Assembly: GCF_003428155.1 (NCBI RefSeq)
Contig: NZ_QLIR01000015.1
Span: forward strand, 14,003-46,002
Length of the DNA stretch: 32,000 bases
Direction: 5' to 3'
Source of the DNA: Fastidiosibacter lacustris
GTDB taxonomy: Bacteria > Pseudomonadota > Gammaproteobacteria > Francisellales > Francisellaceae
Positions 17,912 to 27,595 of the stretch are shown piece after piece. Within the stretch, counting starts at the first letter, position 1, and every line of letters starts with the position of its first letter. A program made the position numbers and the translations under genes. Below the pieces are notes generated by a model. It saw only the letters and a program-made list of their open reading frames with translations. It was not told where the DNA came from and did no database searches.

Positions 17912-19140
17912 GCGTTTAAAAAATCCTGCTCGTGACTGAAAGAAATTCCAAAATAGTGAAAAACTTCCGTGAGTGCGAAAGCTAATTTCTCGATCTGCTC
18001 TTTGGTATGGTTTGGCGTCACGTTAACGCGAAAGCGCTCTGTGCCTATAGGAACTGTCGGTGAATTGATTGGCTGTAGATAGATATGATGTTGTTCTAGT
18101 AAACGCTTTGCAGCATCCTTGCATTTTTTTGCATCTCCAATCAACACGGGAAGAATATGTGTGCGACTTGATGCCATTATTGGAATATGTGCGCGAATTA
18201 GCGCATCCCTTAACGTATTGGTCTTCTGATGCAACACAATTCGTTCGTTATCTGATGATTTCAGATATTCAACGCTTGCATGACAAGCTGCAACAACCGC
18301 AGGAGGTAAGGACGTTGTAAAAATAAATCCAGGTGCAAATGAGCGAATAACATCAACAAGTAGTGATGAGGCTGCAATATATCCTCCAATGACTCCAATA
18401 CTCTTTGCCATTGTTCCCTGAATGAAATCTAACTTATTGGCAATTCCTAATTCAGCAGCAATGCCAGCACCGCGCGGTCCATAAATACCTATTGCATGCA
18501 CTTCATCAAGAAATGTTAACGCGTTATATTTCTTTGCAAGCGCTACAATCTTTTGAATTGGAGCAATATCACCATCCATGGAATATACCGATTCAAATAC
18601 AATAATTTTTGGTCGATCAAATGGTTGAGCTACAAGCAGTGCCTCTAAATGCTCAACATCATTGTGTCTAAACACCATTCTTTCAGCCTGAGTACTACGT
18701 ATCCCATTAATGATCGATGCATGGTTACGTTCATCAGAAAACACTATGCAGTCAGAAAGCAACCGTAGCAGACATTGTAATGTTGCATCATTTGCACCAT
18801 ATCCTGTGGGAAACACCAATGCGGCTTCTTTTCCATGCCACTCAGCAAGAGCAGATTCAAGCGCGGTGTAGTAAGAGTGTGTCCCACCGATATTTCTAGA
18901 ACCACCAGAGCCGGCGCCCAAAGATCGAATTGCGTCATGCATGGCTTCTGTCACGATATGATGTTGTGACATCCCTAAATAATCATTGCTGCACCAGACA
19001 ACAACCTGCTCTGTACTTTTTTGAGTTACTGATTGAGCTAACGGATATTGTCCGCGTATCCTATTGATGGTGACGAACTCTCGATACTGTCCACTTTCCT
19101 TCAAAGACTCCAGTTTTTGGCTGATAATTTTTGTATACAC
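17908..19140 (-). CDS. 5-aminolevulinate synthase (alpha-oxoamine synthase family, ALAS type)
   Basis: Aligns throughout with Rhodobacter-type ALAS: [71 protein letters not shown] (PLP lysine), [28 protein letters not shown]. Confidence 0.9.
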   Translation of the reverse strand: MYTKIISQKLESLKESGQYREFVTINRIRGQYPLAQSVTQKSTEQVVVWCSNDYLGMSQHHIVTEAMHDAIRSLGAGSGGSRNIGGTHSYYTALESALAEWHGKEAALVFPTGYGANDATLQCLLRLLSDCIVFSDERNHASIINGIRSTQAERMVFRHNDVEHLEALLVAQPFDRPKIIVFESVYSMDGDIAPIQKIVALAKKYNALTFLDEVHAIGIYGPRGAGIAAELGIANKLDFIQGTMAKSIGVIGGYIAASSLLVDVIRSFAPGFIFTTSLPPAVVAACHASVEYLKSSDNERIVLHQKTNTLRDALIRAHIPIMASSRTHILPVLIGDAKKCKDAAKRLLEQHHIYLQPINSPTVPIGTERFRVNVTPNHTKEQIEKLAFALTEVFHYFGISFSHEQDFLNA

Positions 19141-19803
19141 CTTGTAAAACCTTGTTTGCTTTTGTTATTTGAATAGTGCGGCGAATTAATATGCCCTTAA
19201 GGGGGGGGAGTCAAGCGGAAAATAATTCTGACTAGTCATAAGGGGTTCTGTCGCAGACTCAACAATTAGTTCATAATTTATACAAACAGTCATTCTCTGG
19301 ACATAATTATGCTGCGAGTGCATAGAACTGTTCATATATGGAAAAACTGTGAAAGGAAAATTAATACAAGTTTGCAAATGGTTGTACTCGCTTCATTAGG
19401 CTAATAGCACAGAAGAAACTTTGAACAGGCTCTAAAGTATGACACCACTAATTAATAGTTACTGGCGAAGAAAAATTGACTTTGTCATTATTAAGAAGGT
19501 TTTATGCGTGTTGCTAGCGATAACACGCAATTTCTTAGCATATTTCAAACTTCTGATATAGGCAAAATTTGTTTAATCAAAGATCGTCGTTAATAAATTA
19601 AAAGACTCTTGGCAACTTCAAAAACAATACATACGCTTTTTATTGATAGTGCTTATCTTAAGTTTTCTTTTTTAGCTTGATAAGCCAGTACTGATTGGTT
19701 GATTTTGGTCTCAATTATTATAATTTTTAATTAAGCTCATAAGTTTTGATTGGACTTAAATCACTGAATGCTATAAATGTGTGCTAACAAAATGTACTCT
19801 GTG

Positions 19804-20298
19804 TTACGCTTTTTCAACAATAATTTCTCGAGATTTTTTAGCACACTCTGGCTTCTTAGGTAACGTGATCCACAGCATTCCCTTTTTGAAAGAAGCCTTT
19901 GCTTTATCTACATCAACTGTTTCAGGCAAAAGTATACTACGCTCATATCTCCCATAACTAATTTCGCGCATCATATAGTTCTTATTTTTATCTTGTTTAG
20001 AGCTGGTTTTTTCACCTTTGATAGTTAAAATGCCATTATCGATTGAGACTTTGATGTCATTTTCACCCATACCAGGCATTTCAATTTCAACTTTAAATTG
20101 GTCATTATCATCCACGATATCAGTGGCGGGGTTAAGTGAAACGTTTTCAAAACGTTCGCTAGGAAAATGAAATGGTTCGAACCACTCATTAAAGTCACTC
20201 ATAACCTTATTGAGTTCATTTTGTAGTGACCAGAATGGGTTTTGCTTGCTTTGACTAATAGTAACAGGAATGTTTTTCTTTGTGCTTAAAAAATTCAT
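19804..20298 (-). CDS. Small heat-shock protein, Hsp20/alpha-crystallin family
   Basis: Alpha-crystallin domain (PATDIVDDNDQFKVEIEMPGMGENDIKVSIDNGILTIKGEK...GMLWITLPKK). The start is set at the Met preceded by GGAGG (20306-20310, reverse strand), not at the upstream Met of the tracked ORF. Confidence 0.9.
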   Translation of the reverse strand: MNFLSTKKNIPVTISQSKQNPFWSLQNELNKVMSDFNEWFEPFHFPSERFENVSLNPATDIVDDNDQFKVEIEMPGMGENDIKVSIDNGILTIKGEKTSSKQDKNKNYMMREISYGRYERSILLPETVDVDKAKASFKKGMLWITLPKKPECAKKSREIIVEKA

Positions 20299-20370
20299 AA
20301 TGCAACCTCCTATGTAATACCTAAGATTAATTAAGCATGACAAGTATCTTTTAGTTTTTAAAAGGCTGCC

Positions 20371-20384
20371 TTGACTAAAGTCAA
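20371..20384. promoter_or_regulatory. FNR/FixK-type operator candidate TTGAC-N4-GTCAA upstream of the Hsp20 gene
   Basis: ttgactaaagtcaa has perfect inverted half-sites. Its centre is about 80 nt upstream of the hsp20 ATG, downstream of the Crp/Fnr gene stop. Confidence 0.45.
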
Positions 20385-20472
20385 GTTGTAAGAAAAAAAT
20401 GATCTTTTTTTATTGTGTGAGTCAACATTATAGATGATAAATTAAGTCTTAAGAGGGTCGATTGGATTGCAT

Positions 20473-21186
20473 TTATCTCTCTGCCCTACAAGGAAAAGTT
20501 TTGGGATAATGATAACAAACATATTGATTTAAGTTAAAACGATCAGGGATATTAATATGTTCATTGTTAACTTGTATCCCACATTGCTTACTAAGCTTGC
20601 CTAAAGCACGAGAAAATGTTTCAGGTTTCATACCTAGGCGCAACGCTAATAAAGCTTTATTATAAGGTAGTTTTAAACTTATATTTATTTGCTTTTTTGT
20701 ATTGTCACATAATTGTAATAGAAAACTGCCAACTCGTTGCATGGCATTTTGAGTAGACAAATGTTCAATGTGTGTAGTTAACTGTCGTTGCTTTTGCAAA
20801 GTAGCTTGCAAAAAGTTTAACGATAAGTTGTGATCAGACAATATCAGCTGTTTTAATGATTGAATGGGTAAGGTAAAGATTTCAAGATGTGAAATAGATT
20901 GTGCTTCATAAGTATACTCTTTACTCGATGTAAAGAGGAAGTTTTCACCACAATAATGACTTTGAGTAAGCACATCGACAATGATTTCTTCCCCGTCAAT
21001 GCTTTGTTTATATAACTTAATACTACCAGTTATGACATATAAAAAAGTTTGTTGGCTTTGGGCGTGGTTAAAAACAATGGCATCTTTTTTATAAACGTAC
21101 CGTTTAGCGATTTGTGATAGTCGTTTTAAGCTTTCTTGTGAAGCTTGTGAAAACAAGCCAATGCATTGAAAGAAGTCTACTTGCAT
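20473..21186 (-). CDS. Crp/Fnr-family transcriptional regulator
   Basis: N-terminal cNMP-binding-like beta-roll and C-terminal HTH with the FNR-class recognition motif E-x-x-S-R (LGMKPETFSRALGKL). No N-terminal Cys cluster, so it is probably not an O2-sensing [4Fe-4S] FNR. Confidence 0.88.
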   Translation of the reverse strand: MQVDFFQCIGLFSQASQESLKRLSQIAKRYVYKKDAIVFNHAQSQQTFLYVITGSIKLYKQSIDGEEIIVDVLTQSHYCGENFLFTSSKEYTYEAQSISHLEIFTLPIQSLKQLILSDHNLSLNFLQATLQKQRQLTTHIEHLSTQNAMQRVGSFLLQLCDNTKKQINISLKLPYNKALLALRLGMKPETFSRALGKLSKQCGIQVNNEHINIPDRFNLNQYVCYHYPKTFPCRAER

Positions 21187-21335
21187 AACAATTTACCAAA
21201 ATCATGATCAGAATATCAAACTAGCTGTTTCTATATTGTTATTATTTTACATTGCAAACTATATGAAATTGGTAATAAAGTGTATTCTATTTAATATAAA
21301 TAAATAGTAGGGTAATATCTTAAATAATCTTGTTT

Positions 21336-22595
21336 TTAAATGTTCCTCTTGGTTAATTTAGAATTTTGCTGAGGGATAAAAGCCAGAATAACAGCGATGA
21401 TCAAACCAATTGTAATAGGTAAAAGTGCCGTTTGGAAACCAGATAGTGTATTTGTAGTATATTGATAAGCAGATTGATACCAACTTAAAATCCAACCAAT
21501 TAATGGCTGCAATAGCGGACCACCTAGACCAATGATAATCATGTTAGTAAAACCCATTGCCATGCCTTGTGCATCTGGATGTACAATTTTTTCGACACTA
21601 CCAAACGGAAGAATATAAGCACCTGATCCGCATCCTAATAAAAACAAGACAATATTAGCAATGCTAAATTGCATGGGTAAGTACAAAAGCAGTGAAAAGC
21701 TAATAAATGCAATGATACTGAAGAGTTGCATCACGAGCTGACATCCTATCTTGCTAGCAAGCCAACCGCTTAGAGCGGCACCGACAGCTGCACCAATAAA
21801 AACAAATGCAGTGGCATATGCGGCATAATTTACATGATCTGGATATAGAGTTTGTAAAAAGCCAATACACCACAAAGAGGCAAAGGCACTAATAATGGTA
21901 AAAATTAAACCGCCAAATAAGTTATAACGCCAAACGTTTAGGTTTTTAAGTAATATAATAAAGTGTTTTAATATGTGAGGTTCACAATTTGTTTTTTGTG
22001 ATTTTGTTGTATTTTTACAAATTTCATGTTGAGTGGATTTTACAAAGATAAGAATAAGAAGTGCAAGGATAAACCCAATTATCGCACAAATAATCATAGC
22101 AATACGCCAGCCATAACTTTGAATCCAAATTTCCAAGAAATAATCTCCAAGGGCTCCTCCTAGCATCCCCATCATTTCAATAAGTCCTGCAAGGAGGGTA
22201 AATCTTTGAGGGTACCAACGTGCCGCTAAGTACATTGCACAAGCCACACCTGGCGCACTTGCGATTCCCATGATAATGCGAGAAATATTGGCACTTCCAA
22301 AGCATTCAGAAAAAGAAAAGCCTAAAGTACTGACTGCAAGTATAAAGGTTGAGACAAACAATGTCTTTTTAGGACCAAATTTATCAATAATAAAGCCTGC
22401 TGGAATTTGTAACAGAATGTAAGGATAAAAAAAGGCTGATGATAGAAAGCCAATTTGTATCAAGTTAAGATATAAGTCTTGCATTAAAGTATGCACCATT
22501 AAGCTCGTTGAGCCTTGTAATAAAAATTGGTACAAAACAAAAAAGCCGCCTAGAAAACAAATCCAAGCAGCTATGAGATTACGATGACTAATCAT
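21336..22595 (-). CDS. MFS transporter
   Basis: 419 aa, 12 predicted TM helices, MFS motif-A-like FIIDKFGPKKTLF. Substrate not inferable. Confidence 0.85.
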   Translation of the reverse strand: MISHRNLIAAWICFLGGFFVLYQFLLQGSTSLMVHTLMQDLYLNLIQIGFLSSAFFYPYILLQIPAGFIIDKFGPKKTLFVSTFILAVSTLGFSFSECFGSANISRIIMGIASAPGVACAMYLAARWYPQRFTLLAGLIEMMGMLGGALGDYFLEIWIQSYGWRIAMIICAIIGFILALLILIFVKSTQHEICKNTTKSQKTNCEPHILKHFIILLKNLNVWRYNLFGGLIFTIISAFASLWCIGFLQTLYPDHVNYAAYATAFVFIGAAVGAALSGWLASKIGCQLVMQLFSIIAFISFSLLLYLPMQFSIANIVLFLLGCGSGAYILPFGSVEKIVHPDAQGMAMGFTNMIIIGLGGPLLQPLIGWILSWYQSAYQYTTNTLSGFQTALLPITIGLIIAVILAFIPQQNSKLTKRNI

Positions 22596-22675
22596 AGATC
22601 CTAATTTACGTTAAGAATATCATTTCTAATATGCTTCTTTATACTGAAAAAAAAGGTAAATGTCGAAATATGTTT

Positions 22676-22689
22676 TTGACAATAGTGAA
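22676..22689. promoter_or_regulatory. Second FNR-type box candidate (TTGAC-N4-GTGAA) upstream of the MFS gene
   Basis: ttgacaatagtgaa is one mismatch from the inverted repeat at 20371-20384. Its centre is about 87 nt upstream of the MFS ATG at 22595. Confidence 0.3.
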
Positions 22690-22896
22690 TGTACGAAGGA
22701 AAAAAATGGAAAAACCAATTTAAGTAATGGACCTAAACTAGCTTTTGAATCCATAATTATAGGCTTGACAAAAACTTTTTTATCTTGTCTATCTTGAGTA
22801 TTGGCTTAATTAACTGAGCTTTTGCGCTAAAATCAAATGCGTACTTTGGCTGCTTTTGTGTATAATAGGGTTACTTTTTCTCAATCACCATAACGC

Positions 22897-23964
22897 ATGA
22901 AATTAAAAAAAATTATCTTATATTCATTCACCATTTTTGGCGTTACAACACTAACAAGTTGTGGTTCAACCAGTGATTTTTTCCGTAACCGTGACTTTGA
23001 TTATGCACGCCAACCTGTAGAGCAAAACAAGCCACTTGAAGTGCCAAAGTCTGTGTCTGACAACCCTAATATTCATCCAGCACTTGTCGTGCCAGAAGGG
23101 CAAACAAGTTTTACAACTAATGAGTTTAAACAAGCACAAAGCGCTTTATTGCCACCTAATTTTGGATCAGGCTATAACGTGAGTCTTATTGAACAAAAGC
23201 AACTTTACGTGGTTTCTACTAAACTTGATTATGATAAAAACAATCAAGCAAAGCTTATAATTTATGAGCCATATAAGTTAGTATGGAAAATTATTGAAGA
23301 TGCTTTACAAAATAAGGTATCGACAATCGTAATTGAAAAAACAGACAAAGACAATAGTCGGTTTGTGATTAAAGATAAACTGTCAGCTAAATCATACTAT
23401 GTATTTATTGAACCTATTAAAAATGAATTTAGACGTGCCCAGCTTTCATTGTTTGAAATAGATGAAAAGCCAGCAACAGATAAACTATCTCAGCAATTGG
23501 TCGAAGCGATTGATAAAGCGATAAAGGGTCAACAAGTTGATGAAGCAATGCTCATTAATGCACAATTTGGCTTTATTAACACAAATAGTGGTTTGAAGTT
23601 CCAACTTTATACCGACGATACACTCGCGTCTATCGTATTTGTAGGTGATGAGCAAACCATAAATAAGACTTTAAAACAGGCAATTAATAATGCTGGTTTT
23701 AAATACATAGCGTATGATGAAAAACAGCAAACAATTTTGATTGAGGATAGCAAAGACCAAAGCTATTTATTGTATTTATACCCTTATACACAAAACGGAT
23801 CAATTTTCAGTGATATGAGTAATTGGCGCAACTTCTTTAGAGAAGAGCAGCAACAATTAAGAGTATCTTTATTTGATATAAAACAAGTTCTTATTCCCGT
23901 TGAAGTCGCTAAACTCATTTTAGCAAACATTGCAAGTCATATTCCATTAACATCCGCACAATAA
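22897..23964 (+). CDS. bamC: Lipoprotein, BamC (NlpB)-like outer-membrane assembly factor
   Basis: Lipobox LTS/C (MKLKKIILYSFTIFGVTTLTSCGS). Size and position immediately upstream of purC mirror the E. coli dapA-bamC-purC arrangement. Weak by-eye similarity to the BamC N-terminal region. Family assignment is moderate only. Confidence 0.55.
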   Translation: MKLKKIILYSFTIFGVTTLTSCGSTSDFFRNRDFDYARQPVEQNKPLEVPKSVSDNPNIHPALVVPEGQTSFTTNEFKQAQSALLPPNFGSGYNVSLIEQKQLYVVSTKLDYDKNNQAKLIIYEPYKLVWKIIEDALQNKVSTIVIEKTDKDNSRFVIKDKLSAKSYYVFIEPIKNEFRRAQLSLFEIDEKPATDKLSQQLVEAIDKAIKGQQVDEAMLINAQFGFINTNSGLKFQLYTDDTLASIVFVGDEQTINKTLKQAINNAGFKYIAYDEKQQTILIEDSKDQSYLLYLYPYTQNGSIFSDMSNWRNFFREEQQQLRVSLFDIKQVLIPVEVAKLILANIASHIPLTSAQ

Positions 23965-23989
23965 ATGAAGTAGAAAAAGGCTAAATAAA

Positions 23990-24700
23990 ATGAAGAAGTC
24001 ATTAATATACCAAGGAAAAGCAAAATCAGTTTATCAAACAGACAATAGCAATGAAGTTGTGATTGAATATCGAGATGATGCTACTGCTTTTAATGGTGTG
24101 AAAAAGGAAGCCTTAAAAGATAAAGGTCATGTCAATAACTTATTTAATGCCTATATTATGCAAAAACTTGAGGAGAGAGGAGTAAAAACACACTTTATTA
24201 AAGTGCTATCCGAAACAGAAAGTTTGATGAAAAAGCTACAGATGATTCCTGTTGAATGTGTTGTTCGTAACTATGCTGCAGGTGGAATTTGTAAGCGCTT
24301 GGGACTTGAAAAAGGCATGAAATTTGAGCGTCCTGTTTTTGAATTTTTTTTGAAAGACGATGCCTTAGGTGACCCTATGATCAACACATCACACATCTTG
24401 ACTTTTAATTGGGCAGCGCCTGAGGAAATAAAATATATGCGCAAGGTGACTTTTACAGTTAATGATATTTTGTCTAAGTTATTTGATGATGCGGGGTTGC
24501 TATTAGTTGATTATAAGCTTGAATTTGGTCGCTTTAATGGTGCGTTATTGTTGGGTGATGAGTTTAGTCCTGATGGCTGTCGGCTATGGGATAAACAAAC
24601 AAAAGATGTATTTGATAAAGACCGTTTTCGTCAGGATTTAGGTGACGTGGTAGGGCACTATAAAACCGTTGCTAAACGTATTGGGCTTACGTTGATATAA
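23990..24700 (+). CDS. purC: Phosphoribosylaminoimidazole-succinocarboxamide (SAICAR) synthase
   Basis: LIYQGKAKSVYQTDN...VIEYRDDATAFNG and LVDYKLEFG...LGDEFSPDGCRLWD are canonical PurC motifs. 236 aa. Confidence 0.96.
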   Translation: MKKSLIYQGKAKSVYQTDNSNEVVIEYRDDATAFNGVKKEALKDKGHVNNLFNAYIMQKLEERGVKTHFIKVLSETESLMKKLQMIPVECVVRNYAAGGICKRLGLEKGMKFERPVFEFFLKDDALGDPMINTSHILTFNWAAPEEIKYMRKVTFTVNDILSKLFDDAGLLLVDYKLEFGRFNGALLLGDEFSPDGCRLWDKQTKDVFDKDRFRQDLGDVVGHYKTVAKRIGLTLI

Positions 24701-24703
24701 CTA

Positions 24704-25498
24704 ATGCGTTTTGTTTTGTATAAATTTTTATTGTTCGCATTGATTTGTTTTTTAGGAATAACCTTAAGTTATGCGTGGCAATTAAACACCGTTAGTCAAC
24801 ATAAATTAGTAAATGCTGGTGTATCTTTTTATGAGTTTGCAGCTATTGAAAAGAAAACCTTTCCTATATTAGTTGATGTTGTTGTTCTTAAAAATAATCA
24901 ATATCACGCGGGTTTGTTTATCCAACGTGAGGATAATATTCAAAGTACACTAGATATAGCATCATATAACAATGCTTTTTTAGCCACAAATGGGGGCTAT
25001 TATCGTGAGGGTTTTTTAGTCAATGGGCTTTTAATTGATCAGGGAAAACTCAGATTGGGATTAGTTGAAAATAGCTTGCTATCTTCAGTTATAACGATAG
25101 ATAAAAATGGTCAAATAAGTATTTTAGACAAAGATCAAAACTATAAAAATGCATATTATGCGTTTCAAGCAGGACCAGTTCTCATGAAAAATAATGAGAT
25201 ACAAAAAGTTGAAAACACACGTATTTCAAAAAGAGTAATTTATGCAGAAACTACGAATAATCATTTAATGGTATTTTTTATTGATAGTGCAACTTTGCAA
25301 CAAAGTGCTAATGTCATAAAGGCAATTACAGCTCAACTTAATTTCCATGTTACACGAGCAGTAAATTTTGATGGAGGTATAGCAGCAGCTTTTGTATTGC
25401 GTCAAATTGTAACACCAATTATTTATCCAGAGTACGTTCCAGTAAAAAGTGTAGTGTATTTCAAACTTACTGAAAATGAAATAGGCAAAAATCGATAA
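24704..25498 (+). CDS. Phosphodiester glycosidase (DUF2233) family protein, membrane-anchored or secreted
   Basis: N-terminal hydrophobic anchor. ATNGGYY, AFQAGPVL and AVNFDGGIAAAF resemble the conserved blocks of the DUF2233/NAGPA-like family. Confidence 0.65.
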   Translation: MRFVLYKFLLFALICFLGITLSYAWQLNTVSQHKLVNAGVSFYEFAAIEKKTFPILVDVVVLKNNQYHAGLFIQREDNIQSTLDIASYNNAFLATNGGYYREGFLVNGLLIDQGKLRLGLVENSLLSSVITIDKNGQISILDKDQNYKNAYYAFQAGPVLMKNNEIQKVENTRISKRVIYAETTNNHLMVFFIDSATLQQSANVIKAITAQLNFHVTRAVNFDGGIAAAFVLRQIVTPIIYPEYVPVKSVVYFKLTENEIGKNR

Positions 25499-25677
25499 AA
25501 AAACTTAATTATTATTTGAAATATTTGATAGAGATCAGATTTGATGAATATGACTAAGGACAACAGATGATAATCACATGCTGCGAGACACGGAAAGCGT
25601 TATTGCCGCTAATCAATCAACATATAAAATTATATTTAGAAATGAAAAATGAGTATGAGAAAATTAAAAATGCGTGA

Positions 25678-25851
25678 GTCCAGTTAGTTAAAGGCTTTAT
25701 CAAGCAGTTTGGCGTAGATCTTATTGCAGGTGTTTTAGGTGATCGTGAGTTTATTGGTGGAGTATGGTTAAAGTTACTCAATGATCATGGAATTCCATTT
25801 GTTATTCAGGTAAAGCAAAACCAATTAACCACCATTGCAAAGGAGGCTTGA
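25678..25851 (+). pseudogene. IS4-family-like DDE transposase fragment
   Basis: A 57-codon open stretch with no start codon: VQLVKGFIKQFGVDLIAGVLGDREFIGGVWLKLLNDHGIPFVIQVKQNQLTTIAKEA*. The DREF...W...L...IPFVI(R/Q)xK pattern is typical of the region around the second catalytic Asp of IS4-type transposases. Confidence 0.4.
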
Positions 25852-25997
25852 AGTGGATGTTTCGGCACTGCTTTATGGCGTAAAAGTACATGAGATTAAA
25901 AAATATCAAAGATAATCAGTTGTAAAATCTTTCATATAATTTGCGATAAACCAATAACTTTTAAATGCGATTCCTCTGATAAACTATTCTTTTTGTG

Positions 25998-26026
25998 TTG
26001 ATTTATATTTGCTTTTTCAATATTAT
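25998..26026 (+). promoter_or_regulatory. Candidate sigma-70 promoter of the MetRS-like/hydroxylase/cupin operon
   Basis: TTGATT (25998-26003), 17-nt spacer, TATTAT (26021-26026), 34 nt upstream of the ATG at 26060. Confidence 0.35.
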
Positions 26027-26059
26027 ACATTTAGTTACTTAAATTAACTAAAAACTAAA

Positions 26060-27593
26060 ATGTTTCTGAATAATAATTGCAAAAAGTACCTTTTAGTTTC
26101 TGCCATTCCAACCCCAAATGGAATGGTTGCATTTGGGACATATTGGAGGGCCATTTTTAAAGTTAGACGTAATCAAAAGATCAAATCAGCAAATTGGCAA
26201 CGTTGTCTTCTTTTGTAGTGGCTCTGATAGCTATGAGTCTCATGCTTTACTTGCCGCACATAACCAAAAAAAATCAATTGAAGCGCTTTGCTTTTTTTAT
26301 CATGATCAAATTGTAAATGACTTGAAAACCATGTTAATTGATATGGATCTTTTCTTGAATCCATTGGATATCAAGTATAAAAATCATTTGACTGAAATAA
26401 CACAACAGCAAGTAAAGCAATTGGTTGATATGGGCAAAGCTGTTGAAATTAATGAACAGTACCCTTTTTCTAATAACTATGGATTTCTACCTCCCAGTTT
26501 TATTGCTGGTATCTGCCCAGAGTGCAAGCACGCTACTTCTGGCTTTATTTGTGAAACATGTGGATTTACCTATAGACCAGAAGAAATGACAGGCGTTCAC
26601 TGTCGCTCAGAGTTTAAGTTAACAGAAATGAAGAGAGTTAGTACGCTATTTCTCAAAATGGATAAACCACAGCTGCAGAAGGCGCTTGTGGCTTCTTATG
26701 TCCCGAAAAACTCTCTTGAATTGACACAAAGTTTTCTAGCCAAGAATGACTACACACGATTAACCCTTCCAATTAAGTGGGGGATTTCAGCTTCGCATGA
26801 ACGAGTTTATTATAGCTATGGTACATTTTTTTCTTACTACACAGCATTGAGAGAGTCTTGTGTTAAAGCTTTAAATTTAAAAACTCTACCCTTTACTGAG
26901 GATGCGGACGTTAATACAGTGGTCAGTTTTGGTTTTGATAACACATTGACTTTTTTGGTAGAGACATTAAATCAAGCTCTGTCATTAGGTCATAAAGGTT
27001 TTGATTGCTACTTGTCAAATAAATTTTTAACATTAAATGGAGATAAGTTTTCTACCAGTAGAAACCATGCTATATGGGTTCACAAGTTACCTAAAAATAT
27101 TAGCATCGATTTGATTAGATTATTCTTGCTCAAAGTTAATGCTGATCAGGATCAGAGTGATTTTAATCTGCAGGAATTTGTAAGTTTCTATAATTGGATT
27201 GCTTGTATAATAAACGCAAAAATAATTAGTAAATTAAAAGTTCCAAATTTCTATTTGCCTAGACAAGAGCACAACAAACATAGTAGCGGCCTGTTAAGAT
27301 TATGGGAGCAGAAAAAAATGGATGCAATCCCCAGTAATTATAGTGGAAATAAGTTTTATTTGGATATTATAAGCTGGCTGGAAGGCGACGTTTATGAAAG
27401 TGAGTATATGGAATGGTTGCACGGTATCGCGATTCTTTGCTATCCGGTAATGCCAGTGTTGAGTCAAAGAGTGTGGGATTTTCTTGGAGGTACCGGAGTA
27501 CCATCATTAGAGAATTGCAATCACTTTTCTTCGGAGCCATTCTCAATGAGTGAGATTGAGCAAATTAATATTTCTGAAATCAAGGTAGGCTAG
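26060..27593 (+). CDS. Methionyl-tRNA-synthetase-like class I ligase (hydrazine-synthetase MetRS-like component candidate), with a 1-nt frameshift near 26122
   Basis: The tracked ORF (26118-27593) begins MEWLHLGH (HIGH motif at 26130-26141). It has KFSTS (the KMSKS equivalent, 27045-27059) and a CPEC...CETC zinc knuckle (26514-26561), as in MetRS. The missing first beta-strand is encoded in another frame from the ATG at 26060: MFLNNNCKKYLLVSAIPTPNG. Joined, KKYLLVSAIPTPNG-WLHLGH mirrors E. coli MetRS [20 protein letters not shown]. Confidence 0.85.
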
Positions 27594-27595
27594 TA

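Noticed and set aside
17908-19140. Alternative calls for the alpha-oxoamine synthase (BioF, Kbl, serine palmitoyltransferase)
   Set aside because: Block-by-block identity to Rhodobacter-type ALAS ([38 protein letters not shown]) is much closer than to the BioF or Kbl signatures as I recall them.
20174-20183. GGTTCGAACC, a tRNA T-arm-like motif
   Set aside because: It lies inside the Hsp20 coding sequence with no flanking acceptor or anticodon stem potential. It is just a short palindrome.
25911-25929. Fur-box-like sequence GATAATCAGTTGTAAAATC upstream of the operon
   Set aside because: It matches the 19-bp Fur consensus GATAATGATAATCATTATC at only about 11 of 19 positions. In an AT-rich intergenic region that is not distinguishable from chance.
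26060-27593. Housekeeping methionyl-tRNA synthetase (metG)
   Set aside because: It is about 510 aa with no recognisable C-terminal tRNA-binding extension. It is embedded in an IS-bounded operon with secondary-metabolism-type enzymes, and it is frameshifted. An essential metG would not be expected to tolerate that. This needs confirmation that a canonical metG exists elsewhere in the genome.
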